From assembly GCA_963765675.1 (NCBI GenBank), contig CAVXXK010000003.1, positions 256,001 to 320,000 on the forward strand: DNA of 64,000 nt, read 5' to 3'. Each line of letters starts with the position of its first letter. Positions within the stretch are counted from its first letter, which is position 1. This DNA comes from an uncultured delta proteobacterium (GTDB taxonomy: Bacteria; Desulfobacterota; Binatia; Binatales; Binataceae). Positions 39,025 to 48,164 of this stretch are shown piece by piece. The position numbers were made by a program, and so were the translations under genes. The notes under the pieces were generated by a model. The model made no database searches and had not been told where the DNA came from. It saw only the letters and a list, made by a program, of their open reading frames with translations.

Positions 39025-39795
39025 TTAGCGCCGGGCGTCGGCTTGCCAACACGAAAGAGACCAGCCGCCACCTTCGGCGGCAATCGCGGCCACGTAGCCG
39101 GGAGCGACGGTCAGCTCCCGCAGAGACCAGCGAAGGGCTTCGGCGGAATCTGGCCGAGTGCTCAACAGCGCCGCAGGTTCTCCGGGAGTCAGCGACACAT
39201 CGAATTGATCCAAAGGCAACGACAGGCCTTCGCCTCTGGCCTTGATGTAGGCTTCCTTGCGAGTCCAGCAGAGGAAGAATGCTTCGCGGCGCAACTCTGC
39301 GGGAAGCGCGTGGAGCTCCGCTATCTCCCTGCGCGAGAAAAATCGCTCGGCTATCTGCTCTGCTTCCAAATCGCCGCGGACAAATTCGAGGTCGACGCCA
39401 ACCTCACGATTCCTCGCGACTGCATAAAGCGCCATCCCTTGAGAATGCGACATATTAAAGCGGATCATATCTCCACCGGATTCCGGGACAAGGGCGGGCT
39501 TTCCATGCTCGCTGTAGCAGAACGAAACGGACTCCGGCGGTCTATTCAAGTAACGACCGAGTAAAGCTCTAAGTACGCCGTGCGCAATGATAAAGTGCTC
39601 GCGATCGCGCTGAAAGTAAAAACGCTCTGCCCTCCTCTGCTCATCGATTGCCAGAGTATGCAGGTAATGATCGATTGATGCGGCAGGCTCGGTCAGGACG
39701 GCTCGCCAGACGTGTATTTCGTTGCTTTCTATACTCAATCCCGGCGGTGGACAGCCCCACGACGCGACAGATGGAGCGTTGGATATGGTCGTCAT
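39025..39795 (-). CDS. Sfp/HetI-type 4'-phosphopantetheinyl transferase
   Basis: GKP, FNMSHS, VGVDLE, FFLCWTRKEAYIKARGEG. Confidence 0.92.
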   Translation of the reverse strand: MTTISNAPSVASWGCPPPGLSIESNEIHVWRAVLTEPAASIDHYLHTLAIDEQRRAERFYFQRDREHFIIAHGVLRALLGRYLNRPPESVSFCYSEHGKPALVPESGGDMIRFNMSHSQGMALYAVARNREVGVDLEFVRGDLEAEQIAERFFSRREIAELHALPAELRREAFFLCWTRKEAYIKARGEGLSLPLDQFDVSLTPGEPAALLSTRPDSAEALRWSLRELTVAPGYVAAIAAEGGGWSLSCWQADARR

Positions 39796-40046
39796 CTGAC
39801 TTTTCTCAACGCGCTCATCGCATCTCGAATCTGCCAGCCTTCCGAAATCAATATTACTCACTCTCAGATCGCGCAGTCCACCAAACGCGGAATCAGGACG
39901 GTCCAGAGGCACCTCGATCGAGACTTTTAGACCGCGCATCGTGTCGTGTCGTCATCGTTCACCGTCCGGATTGCCTGCATGTTACGCGCGATAGCAGCGC
40001 TGGTTGTGTGCGCGTGCTAAGCTTTTCCCTGCGCGAGATTCTCATC

Positions 40047-41348
40047 ATGGAAACCAGCACTGAAAAACGAAATACCCTCGCGATTCTGGTGGGCGGAGGT
40101 CCCGCGCCCGGAATCAATGGCGTAATCGCCGCAGCGACGATCGAGGCGATCAACTGCGGCCTCAACGTTCTTGGGCTGCGCGACGGCTACAAGTGGCTTG
40201 CCGAGGGCAACACCTCGCACGCGGTGCCGCTGCGAATTTCCGACGTGAGCCGAATCCATTTTACCGGCGGATCGATTCTGCGCACCTCGCGCACCAATCC
40301 CGCCCGCGACGACGCGATGCTCGAGCGCACAGTCGGCGCGCTCACGACGCTCGGCGTTCGCTACCTGATTTGTATCGGAGGTGACGACACGACTTACGGC
40401 GCGGTCAAGATCGCCGAGCGCTCGCAGGGACGTATCGGCGTCGCCACGGTCCCCAAGACCATCGACAACGATCTGCCGTTGCCAGAAAACGCGCCGACAT
40501 TCGGCTTCGAGACTGCGCGTGCTGTCGGCACTACGATTATCGAGTCGCTGATGGAAGACGCGCGAACCACGCGTCGCTGGTATCTCGCGGTCACGATGGG
40601 CCGCAAGTCGGGCTCGCTCGCGCTAAGCATGTGCAAGTCGGCGGGCGCGACCCTGGCGGTTATCCCCGAAGAATTTCTCGGCGAGCATTTCGATCTCGCG
40701 ATCGTGGTCGATACTATCGTCGGTGCGATTATCAAGCGCCGCGCCGCCGGCCGCGACGACGGTGTCGCCGTGGTCGCGGAGGGAATCGCGGAGCGCGCTG
40801 ACTCCAGCGCGCTGCCGGGCGCGTCGGTAGCCGAGCAGGACGCCTACGGCCACACCCATCTGTCTGATCTGTCGTTCGGCACCGTACTGCGCGACCGCGT
40901 GCGCGCGGCGCTTGCGGAGCTGGGTTCCGACTTGACGGTGGTCGCCAAAGATATCGGATACGAGCTCCGATGCGCCAAGCCCGTTCCCTTCGACGCCGAC
41001 TACACGCGCACTCTCGGTTACGGCGCGGTGCGCTATCTCCTCGGCGGAGGCTCGGGCGCGCTCATCGCGATCGCCGGTGGCCACGTCACGCCGGTTAATT
41101 TTGCCGATCTTGCCGATCCCGCGACCGGCCGCGTGCGGGTGCGGCTGGTTGACGTCTCGACCGAGTCCTACCAGGTCGCGCGCTCATATATGATTCGGCT
41201 CGAACCCGACGATCTTCGGGAGCCCGCGCTCTCGCAGTTGGCCGCGCATACGAATCTCTCGGCGGCGGATTTCAAAGCCAGGTTCGCGCCAGCGGTCGCC
41301 GCGACGATCGGCGCCAGAACGCCGCGCACAGCGGGCGCGGACGAGTAG
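40047..41348 (+). CDS. pfp: PPi-dependent phosphofructokinase
   Basis: GGGPAPGIN, IGGDDT (Asp marks PPi specificity), PKTIDND, MGR, GYELRC. Confidence 0.85.
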   Translation: METSTEKRNTLAILVGGGPAPGINGVIAAATIEAINCGLNVLGLRDGYKWLAEGNTSHAVPLRISDVSRIHFTGGSILRTSRTNPARDDAMLERTVGALTTLGVRYLICIGGDDTTYGAVKIAERSQGRIGVATVPKTIDNDLPLPENAPTFGFETARAVGTTIIESLMEDARTTRRWYLAVTMGRKSGSLALSMCKSAGATLAVIPEEFLGEHFDLAIVVDTIVGAIIKRRAAGRDDGVAVVAEGIAERADSSALPGASVAEQDAYGHTHLSDLSFGTVLRDRVRAALAELGSDLTVVAKDIGYELRCAKPVPFDADYTRTLGYGAVRYLLGGGSGALIAIAGGHVTPVNFADLADPATGRVRVRLVDVSTESYQVARSYMIRLEPDDLREPALSQLAAHTNLSAADFKARFAPAVAATIGARTPRTAGADE

Positions 41349-41357
41349 CTTCCGTGC

Positions 41358-42227
41358 TCAGATGTGCTCGACGAATTCGATAATCGCGTCGGCGGTGTCG
41401 CGCGGATTGTCCAGCGGCACGTGATGGAACGCGCGCGGGATTTCCTTGTAAACCGATCCCCGAATCTTGCGATGCATCCGTAGCGACGGCCGCGCGCCCA
41501 TCAGCGTGCTCTGCGCGCCGCGCAGAATCAGCACGGGCATCGCAAGGCTCTTTATTCGAGGCTTGCGCGTGTGCCCTTCGACCTTGCGCCATGCGCGCGT
41601 GCGCGGGTCCAGCCGAAATGCCCAGTTGCCATTCTCGAGCTGCAACGATCCCATCCGCGCCAGCCGCTCGAGGTCGTCCTTCGTCAAATAGGTATCGGGC
41701 GGCGAAAGCCGGAACTTGCGCTTGATATCCTCGAACGACTTGAGCTCCGGACGCGGTCCGCCGCGCGCCCGCCGCCGCCATCGCCACATCAACCGCCGCA
41801 TGAGCGGAGGCGGTCCATTAGGCGAGTCGATCAGAATCAGGGCCTCGAGGATTTCCGGATGCAGCGTCGCGACCCATTGCGCCACCGCCCCGCCCATCGA
41901 ATGCCCCACCAGGATTACCGGCTCGCCGAGATGATCGATCATCCCCTTGACGTCGCGCGTGTACCATTGTGGCCCGTAGTGCGGCGGCTCCGCCCATCCG
42001 CTGCGGCCGTGTCCGCGAAAATCGAGCGCGAGCACTCGGCCATACGGCACCAGCAACGGCGCGACGCTATCCCACCAATGAACGTGCGCGGCGCCGCCGT
42101 GCAGCAGGAGAAATGTATGTTTGTTCTGATCGCCGCCCCAGTCCAGGTAATGAAGCTTGATGCCTTCGACTTCAACGAACCGGCTGGTCGGCTCCGGCGC
42201 TGCGGTAGCCGCTTGCTGTTGTGCCAT
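41358..42227 (-). CDS. Alpha/beta hydrolase
   Basis: LLHGG, DFRGHGRS, GHSMGG, HH. Confidence 0.9.
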   Translation of the reverse strand: MAQQQAATAAPEPTSRFVEVEGIKLHYLDWGGDQNKHTFLLLHGGAAHVHWWDSVAPLLVPYGRVLALDFRGHGRSGWAEPPHYGPQWYTRDVKGMIDHLGEPVILVGHSMGGAVAQWVATLHPEILEALILIDSPNGPPPLMRRLMWRWRRRARGGPRPELKSFEDIKRKFRLSPPDTYLTKDDLERLARMGSLQLENGNWAFRLDPRTRAWRKVEGHTRKPRIKSLAMPVLILRGAQSTLMGARPSLRMHRKIRGSVYKEIPRAFHHVPLDNPRDTADAIIEFVEHI

Positions 42228-42388
42228 TCCCCTAATCTTATTTGACGCGCTGATCCGATCATAGAATATATGAAGATGATCGCGCGCCGCAGCGCGATGC
42301 TGGCAGCCGGCACCGCGAGCGTGATAACTACCAGAGCTCGACGCGCGATCGGCGCAATACTGTGCGGAAATAAGTTTGGAGAGATCCC

Positions 42389-43177
42389 ATGAGCCTGAGA
42401 CTCGAAGCAAAAAACGCAATCATCACCGGCGGCGCCAGCGGAATCGGCCGCGCCACCGCAATTCGTTTCGCTGAAGAAGGCGCTAACGTCTTTGTTGCCG
42501 ACCGCCATCTGACAGCCGCCGAAGAAACCGCGGGGATGGTCCGCGCGCTCGGCCGCAAGGCTATAGCCTTCCAGGTCGACACCAGCAACGAGGCGCAGGT
42601 GGCCGCGATGGTGACCCGATGCGTCGGCGAGCTCGGTGGCGTGAACATCCTGGTCGCTGCCGCCGGAATCTCGCACGCGCGCTACGGAGAAGAAGGCACG
42701 CCCGCGTTTGGCCCGCTCGCCGAGAAGCCGCTGGCCGACTGGAAAAAGGTTCTGAGCGTCAACCTCGACGGCGTGTTTATCACCGATCGCGAGGTCTCGC
42801 GCGCGATGATCGCGGCCGGCAAAGGCGGCAGGATCATCAATATCGCCTCGGGCGCGGCCAAGCTGCCGACTCCCGGCGTCGGCGAGTATTCGGTCAGCAA
42901 GGCCGGCGTGTGGATGCTCACCAAGGTGCTAGCGGTCGAGCTCGCGGAGTATGGAATCACCGCAAACGCGATCGGACCGGGATTCATCGCCACGCCGATG
43001 ACCGCGAATCTGACCAGCGCCGAGGGCTTCATGAAGCGCCTCCTCGAGCGCGTGCCGCTGAAACACGTCGGAGAGGCGGTCGACGTCGCCAACACCGCGC
43101 TGTTCCTCGCCAGCGAGGAAGGCAGGTACTACACCGGCTCGATCCTCCATCCCGACGGCGGAGTCGTGATGCAATGA
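42389..43177 (+). CDS. SDR family oxidoreductase
   Basis: TGGASGIG, YSVSK, NAIGPG. Confidence 0.92.
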   Translation: MSLRLEAKNAIITGGASGIGRATAIRFAEEGANVFVADRHLTAAEETAGMVRALGRKAIAFQVDTSNEAQVAAMVTRCVGELGGVNILVAAAGISHARYGEEGTPAFGPLAEKPLADWKKVLSVNLDGVFITDREVSRAMIAAGKGGRIINIASGAAKLPTPGVGEYSVSKAGVWMLTKVLAVELAEYGITANAIGPGFIATPMTANLTSAEGFMKRLLERVPLKHVGEAVDVANTALFLASEEGRYYTGSILHPDGGVVMQ

Positions 43178-43677
43178 GCGCTCGCGGCCGCGCGGTCGGG
43201 CCGATTTGCAGATTGATTCGGCCGCGGTTGGCCGTTGCGCTCGCGGCGCTCGCGCTCGCGATCTGCACGTCGCCGAGCGCCCCGCGCGCGCAGGATTCGG
43301 GCGCTCAGATGGGCGGCAGCGCATCGATGCCGCCGATGCAATCCGCTCCGGACTCGAACGGGAATCCGTCGGCCTCCGCAACCGCTGCGATCCAGTTTCC
43401 GAATATTCCGCGGATCACTTTGCAGGTGCTGCCAGGTTACGGTCCGGCGCCACTGCTGGTGGGTTTCCTGGTGATGAATGCGAATCCGGACTCAGCGCCG
43501 CTGGTCAGCTATCGCTTCAGCTTCGGCGACGGACAGATCTCGACGGAGCCACCAACCGTGCTGTACCACAGCTTCACGAACCCGGGGACTTATACAGTGG
43601 TCGTGACCGCGACCACCGCCGACGGCCAGAACGCAACCGCGATCGCGGGAGTAACCGTCACCCAGGCTGCAGATTGA
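43174..43677 (+). CDS. Secreted PKD-domain protein
   Basis: Signal peptide; GPAPLLVGF, FSFGDG, HSFTNPGTYTV; ATGA overlap. Confidence 0.8.
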   Translation: MSARGRAVGPICRLIRPRLAVALAALALAICTSPSAPRAQDSGAQMGGSASMPPMQSAPDSNGNPSASATAAIQFPNIPRITLQVLPGYGPAPLLVGFLVMNANPDSAPLVSYRFSFGDGQISTEPPTVLYHSFTNPGTYTVVVTATTADGQNATAIAGVTVTQAAD

Positions 43678-43687
43678 ATCTGGCGCG

Positions 43688-44365
43688 CTACTGGCTGAGC
43701 ACCGTCACCTTTCCGGTGTCGATATCGTACATCGCTCCGACGATTTTGAGCTCTCCACTCTGGATCATTGGCGCGAGCGGACCTTCCTTCGAAAGATCCT
43801 TCACGATCAGCAGCACGTTTTCGCGCGACGCGTTGTCGTACACGTCTCCGGGCATCGATTTCGCCGCGGCGACCGCGGGCCTAAGCTCGCGCAGCATCGG
43901 ACCCACGTCTTCGTCGGGCTCGTCGTGTCCTTCGACCGCGGCCTTGATCGCGCCGCAATGCGTATGCCCCATCACGACCAGCAGCCGCGCGTGCAGATGA
44001 GTGACCGCGTAATCAAGGCTCTCGATCACGAGATGATCGGCTACGTTCCCCGCGACGCGCACTACGAACAAATCACCCAGCCCCTGGTCGAAAACGATTT
44101 CGGGCGCCGTCCGCGAGTCCGCGCACGCCAGTACCGCCGCGAACGGATATTGCCCCTTGGCGACTTCGTCGCGGCGCGCTGTCGTCTGCCGCGGATGCTC
44201 CATCTTGCCCGAAGCGAAGCGGCGATTCCCGTCGAGCAGGCGCTGTAAAGAGTCCGCCGCGCTGACTGGAGGAACCTTACTGGGCGCGCCGATCGCGCGG
44301 ATGATACTTGCAGCCATGAACAACCCCGTGACGGCGACTGCGATCGCCAGTTTTCCGTTTCTCAT
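43688..44365 (-). CDS. Beta-class carbonic anhydrase (exported)
   Basis: CADSR, GDLFVVRVAGN, GHTHCGA; N-terminal signal. Confidence 0.93.
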   Translation of the reverse strand: MRNGKLAIAVAVTGLFMAASIIRAIGAPSKVPPVSAADSLQRLLDGNRRFASGKMEHPRQTTARRDEVAKGQYPFAAVLACADSRTAPEIVFDQGLGDLFVVRVAGNVADHLVIESLDYAVTHLHARLLVVMGHTHCGAIKAAVEGHDEPDEDVGPMLRELRPAVAAAKSMPGDVYDNASRENVLLIVKDLSKEGPLAPMIQSGELKIVGAMYDIDTGKVTVLSQ

Positions 44366-44496
44366 TTGAGACCAACCTCTATTTCGCGAGCGGAAAAATA
44401 GCAGAATCCGTGAGCACGCGCATCGATCCGCGTGTATTTCCCCGCCTCGGCAATGGATTGACATTGGCCGCCCGCTTCGCTCATTTTGAAGCGCAT

Positions 44497-45012
44497 ATGA
44501 TTTCGCGCAACCCTATCCAATTGGCTCTCGTCGCCGCAACCGCTCTCGGATTTGCCTTCACGCTTTCTGCGTGCGAACAGGCAGCGCTAAAAGCCAACGC
44601 GGAGCAGGTCCAGCAGCAGCAGGCCCAGATCGAACAGAATCAGATGGAGATCCAGAAGATGCTGGCGCAGCAGCAGGGTTACGGCGGCGGCGCCTCATCC
44701 GCTTCAGCATCGGCCCCGATCGCGTCCGCGGGCGGATGCGACAAATCGATTATGGCCGAGGCGACTCGCCACGGCGGCGACAAGCTCGCGTCGGGCGATT
44801 TCACCCACGCGATCGGCTACTACCAGGACGCTCTGACCGCCTGCCCCAACAATCCGCGCGCCGAACTGAACCTCGCGCATGCGTACGAAGCGGCGGGGAA
44901 CCGCACCGCCGCAATCGATCATTTCAGGGACGCCGCGCACAGCACCGACCCCGCAGAGTCATCCGCCGAAGAGGAAGCGCGCAACGCGCTCGTGCGCCTC
45001 GGCTCGAATTGA
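44497..45012 (+). CDS. TPR-containing lipoprotein
   Basis: LSAC lipobox, Gln-rich coil, TPR-like helices. Confidence 0.75.
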   Translation: MISRNPIQLALVAATALGFAFTLSACEQAALKANAEQVQQQQAQIEQNQMEIQKMLAQQQGYGGGASSASASAPIASAGGCDKSIMAEATRHGGDKLASGDFTHAIGYYQDALTACPNNPRAELNLAHAYEAAGNRTAAIDHFRDAAHSTDPAESSAEEEARNALVRLGSN

Positions 45013-45061
45013 AGCTCGCGTGCCCGCGCAAGATGATAGCGGGCTGAAAAAAGGGGTACGC

Positions 45062-46675
45062 ATGAACGTGCCATCACGCGGTTTAATCGCGTGTACTTTG
45101 CTGGTGCTGGTGACGGTTGTCGCATTCAGAGGAACTGCGATGGCGGATCTCGCGGACCAGCGCACCACCGAGCTTCTGACCGCGCTTGAGACCAACGACT
45201 ATGCGGCGGCACAGCGTCATTGCAGCGCGCGGGTGCAGTCGGCATTTTCGCAGGTCGAGACAGGTTGGCAGCAGGTCACACAAGCCTACGGCAAACTCGA
45301 ATCATTTCAGATCACCAACCGGACGTCGGCCGACGGGATGGACATTCGGATTGCGAATCTGAATTTTGAGCGTCCAAGCGGATTGGCTGCAAAAGTCGCG
45401 ATCGACTCCGACGGCAACGTCGCGGGATTGTTCTTCGTTGCGGCGGCGGTCTCACCCGAAGCGTCGAAGATCGCCGACCAGCGCGTCACTGAGATGCTCG
45501 AGGCGCTGCGCGACTCGAAATTCGACGTAGCCGAGAGCCACTTCGACTCGACGATGCAAAGGCTGCTGCCGCCCAAAGCCCTCGAAGACGCGTGGAAACC
45601 GCGGACCGATTCGCTCGGAGATTTGAAGGCATGGCGAATCGTCGGCCGAAGCGAAGTCAGCGGCGTCCAGGTCAGGATCGTCAATCTCGATTTCACCAAG
45701 GCGCCCAAAGCCTTTGCGCTGAAGATTGCGGTCGATGCCGCAGGCGAGATCGGCGGCCTCTATTTCGTCCCCGCGCAGGCCGAAGCGACCTCTGGTCGGC
45801 CATCTTATATCCGCCCCGCGACGTTCACCGCGCACGAAGTAAAAGTCGGAAAACCGGATGCTCCGCTCGGCGGCACCGTCACGATTCCCGTCGGCAACGG
45901 TCCATTTCCAGGAGCGGTGCTCGTGGCCGGCTCAGGCCCCAACGATCGCGACGAAAATGTTCTCGCGAATCATCCTTTCAAGGATCTCGCCGAAGGTCTC
46001 AGCTCGAACGGAATCGCGGTGCTGAGATACGACAAGCGCACGCGCGTGTATCCAGCGGCCGTGCCGGTAAAGAGCGTAACCGTCGATTACGAAGTGATCG
46101 ACGACGCGGTCGCCGCCGTCGCGATTCTCGAGCATCAGCCAAGAGTCGATCCCGCCCGCGTGTACGTGGTCGGGCACAGCCTAGGCGCGATGCTGGCGCC
46201 GGAGATCGCTGCGCGAGCGCATGCGGCTGGAGTGATCATGCTCGCGCCGGGCTCGCTTCCGTTGGCGCGGATTCTGGTGAGGCAATACCGCTACCTCGGT
46301 GCGCCGCAGGAGAAGATCACACAGGCGCAACTACTGGAAGCCAAGTCGTTCCCGCCGGATCACCAGATAATGGATGGCGCGCCCGCATCGTATTTCTATG
46401 ATCTCGATTCGCGCGACGAGATCGGATACGCGCGCAAGCTCGGCAAGCCGATCCTGATTCTGCGCGGCGCGCGTGACTATCAGATCGTGGACGAGGATAT
46501 CGACTACTGGCGCAAAGGTTTAAAGGGCACGCCCAACGTCACGATCGAGACCATCCCGAAATTGAATCACTTGTTCATCGCGGGCTCGGGCCGGCCGAGC
46601 CCCGACGAATATTCCGTGCCGGGCTACGTCGATCCGGAAGTGATCGCGAAGGTCTCGTCGTTCATCAAGCGGTAG
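45062..46675 (+). CDS. Secreted esterase: two DUF3887-like domains plus alpha/beta hydrolase
   Basis: Duplicated N-domain ending ...IAGLFF/IGGLYF; GSGPNDRD, RYDKR, GHSLG, NHLF. Confidence 0.82.
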   Translation: MNVPSRGLIACTLLVLVTVVAFRGTAMADLADQRTTELLTALETNDYAAAQRHCSARVQSAFSQVETGWQQVTQAYGKLESFQITNRTSADGMDIRIANLNFERPSGLAAKVAIDSDGNVAGLFFVAAAVSPEASKIADQRVTEMLEALRDSKFDVAESHFDSTMQRLLPPKALEDAWKPRTDSLGDLKAWRIVGRSEVSGVQVRIVNLDFTKAPKAFALKIAVDAAGEIGGLYFVPAQAEATSGRPSYIRPATFTAHEVKVGKPDAPLGGTVTIPVGNGPFPGAVLVAGSGPNDRDENVLANHPFKDLAEGLSSNGIAVLRYDKRTRVYPAAVPVKSVTVDYEVIDDAVAAVAILEHQPRVDPARVYVVGHSLGAMLAPEIAARAHAAGVIMLAPGSLPLARILVRQYRYLGAPQEKITQAQLLEAKSFPPDHQIMDGAPASYFYDLDSRDEIGYARKLGKPILILRGARDYQIVDEDIDYWRKGLKGTPNVTIETIPKLNHLFIAGSGRPSPDEYSVPGYVDPEVIAKVSSFIKR

Positions 46676-46684
46676 AAAATCTTT

Positions 46685-47737
46685 CTAAGGAACCGGCGCG
46701 GCGTTGAGCAGGCCTGCGGCTTCGTCGAAGCCGAGCATCAGGTTCATATTCTGGATCGCCTGCCCGGCGGCGCCCTTGCCGAGATTGTCGATCGCCGTGA
46801 TTACGACCAGCGTGTTCGAGCGGCGGTCGAGCACGGTCGCGATCTCGCAGAAGTTCGTCGCGCGCACGTTGCGCAGCTCCGGCAGATCTCCCGGCTTGAG
46901 CATCCGCACGAACCGCGCCTTGGCGAAGCTCGCCTCGAAGGCGTTGCGCACGTCATCTTCGGTCGTGCCGGCGCGCGGCTTCATGAAAATCGAGGTCAGG
47001 ATTCCACGCGTGATCGGCAGCAGATGCGGCACGAACATCAGCGCGATCTCGCGGCCGAGCACCGCGCCGACTTCCTGCTCGATTTCCGGCGTATGGCGAT
47101 GGTTCCCCACCTTGTAAGCGCGGAAGTTTTCGTTGACCTCCGCGAACAGATATTCCACCGACGCGGCGCGCCGCGCTCCGGTGGTGCCCGACTTCGCATC
47201 GATCACGATCGACGACGGATCGATCAAGTCGCGCTTGATCAGCGGAATCAGCGCGAGCAGCGCCCCAGTCGGATAGCATCCGGGATTCGCGACCAGCCGC
47301 GCCTCGCGCAACTCGGCGCGATGAAACTCGCTCAGTCCATAGACAGCCTCGCGCGAGAGCGCCGGCGCGAGCTGATCGACGCCGTAGGCCGCACGATGCA
47401 CCGCCGGATCCTTCAGGCGAAAGTCCGCTGAGACATCGATCACCTTGACGCCGTTTTTCACCAGCTCAACGACCACCGGTGTTCCGATCTTCTCGGGCAG
47501 GCACGAGATCGCGACGTCAACACGTCCGCGGATGAACTCCGGGCGCAAATCTTCGAACGCCGGCAGGTCGGTCCCCGCCATATGGCGGTAAACGTCGGCC
47601 ACTTCGCGCCCGGCATAGTGCTCGGACGTGAGCGCCGCAATCTCGACGAACGGATGAGTTGCGAGCAGACGCACGGCCTCGATTCCCGAATAGCCGGACG
47701 CACCCAGAACCGCGACTCTGACCCTATCGTGTGCCAT
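46685..47737 (-). CDS. argC: N-acetyl-gamma-glutamyl-phosphate reductase
   Basis: GASGYSG, SADFRL, ANPGCYPT, HRHTPEI, DNLGKGAAGQA. Confidence 0.97.
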   Translation of the reverse strand: MAHDRVRVAVLGASGYSGIEAVRLLATHPFVEIAALTSEHYAGREVADVYRHMAGTDLPAFEDLRPEFIRGRVDVAISCLPEKIGTPVVVELVKNGVKVIDVSADFRLKDPAVHRAAYGVDQLAPALSREAVYGLSEFHRAELREARLVANPGCYPTGALLALIPLIKRDLIDPSSIVIDAKSGTTGARRAASVEYLFAEVNENFRAYKVGNHRHTPEIEQEVGAVLGREIALMFVPHLLPITRGILTSIFMKPRAGTTEDDVRNAFEASFAKARFVRMLKPGDLPELRNVRATNFCEIATVLDRRSNTLVVITAIDNLGKGAAGQAIQNMNLMLGFDEAAGLLNAAPVP

Positions 47738-47965
47738 CGGTGGGATCGCGCAAACCTCCGGAAAGAAAATTAACCAACCAATAACCCGTGTATCATGAAT
47801 CTATGGGTCGTAACAGTTGACGAAAGTTGTCGGTCGTGGACCGGTTTGAGATCTGCTCCGTTCGCGCTGCTGACTTGTCATTCCCCGCGCGCGTGGCTGA
47901 CGCGCGCGATGAATTTCGGGCGAAGGTCCGCTGCACGTGGACGGTAGCGCGGAGCATGGCCGCCT

Positions 47966-48094
47966 CGGGATTTCTCGCCAAAGGCTCGAAATGACGGATG
48001 TATGCGCAGCGCATGATTATGTGGGCTTGGTGCACGACTGTCTTAGCTTCAGCCGAGCCCCCAATCGTCATTTCGACCAAAAGGAGAAATCCCG
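47966..48094. repeat. Inverted REP-like pair (GTCATTTCGA...GAGAAATC family)
   Basis: Same family as 5291-5399. Confidence 0.7.
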
Positions 48095-48164
48095 GGGGCG
48101 CCCATGCACTCACCTGCGGGGTGGCAGCCAACCCGGGACTCGCCGCTATGCAAGCGCGAGACAG

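Noticed and set aside
47770-47830. ARG box upstream of argC
   Set aside because: AT-rich, but only a weak match to the ArgR consensus
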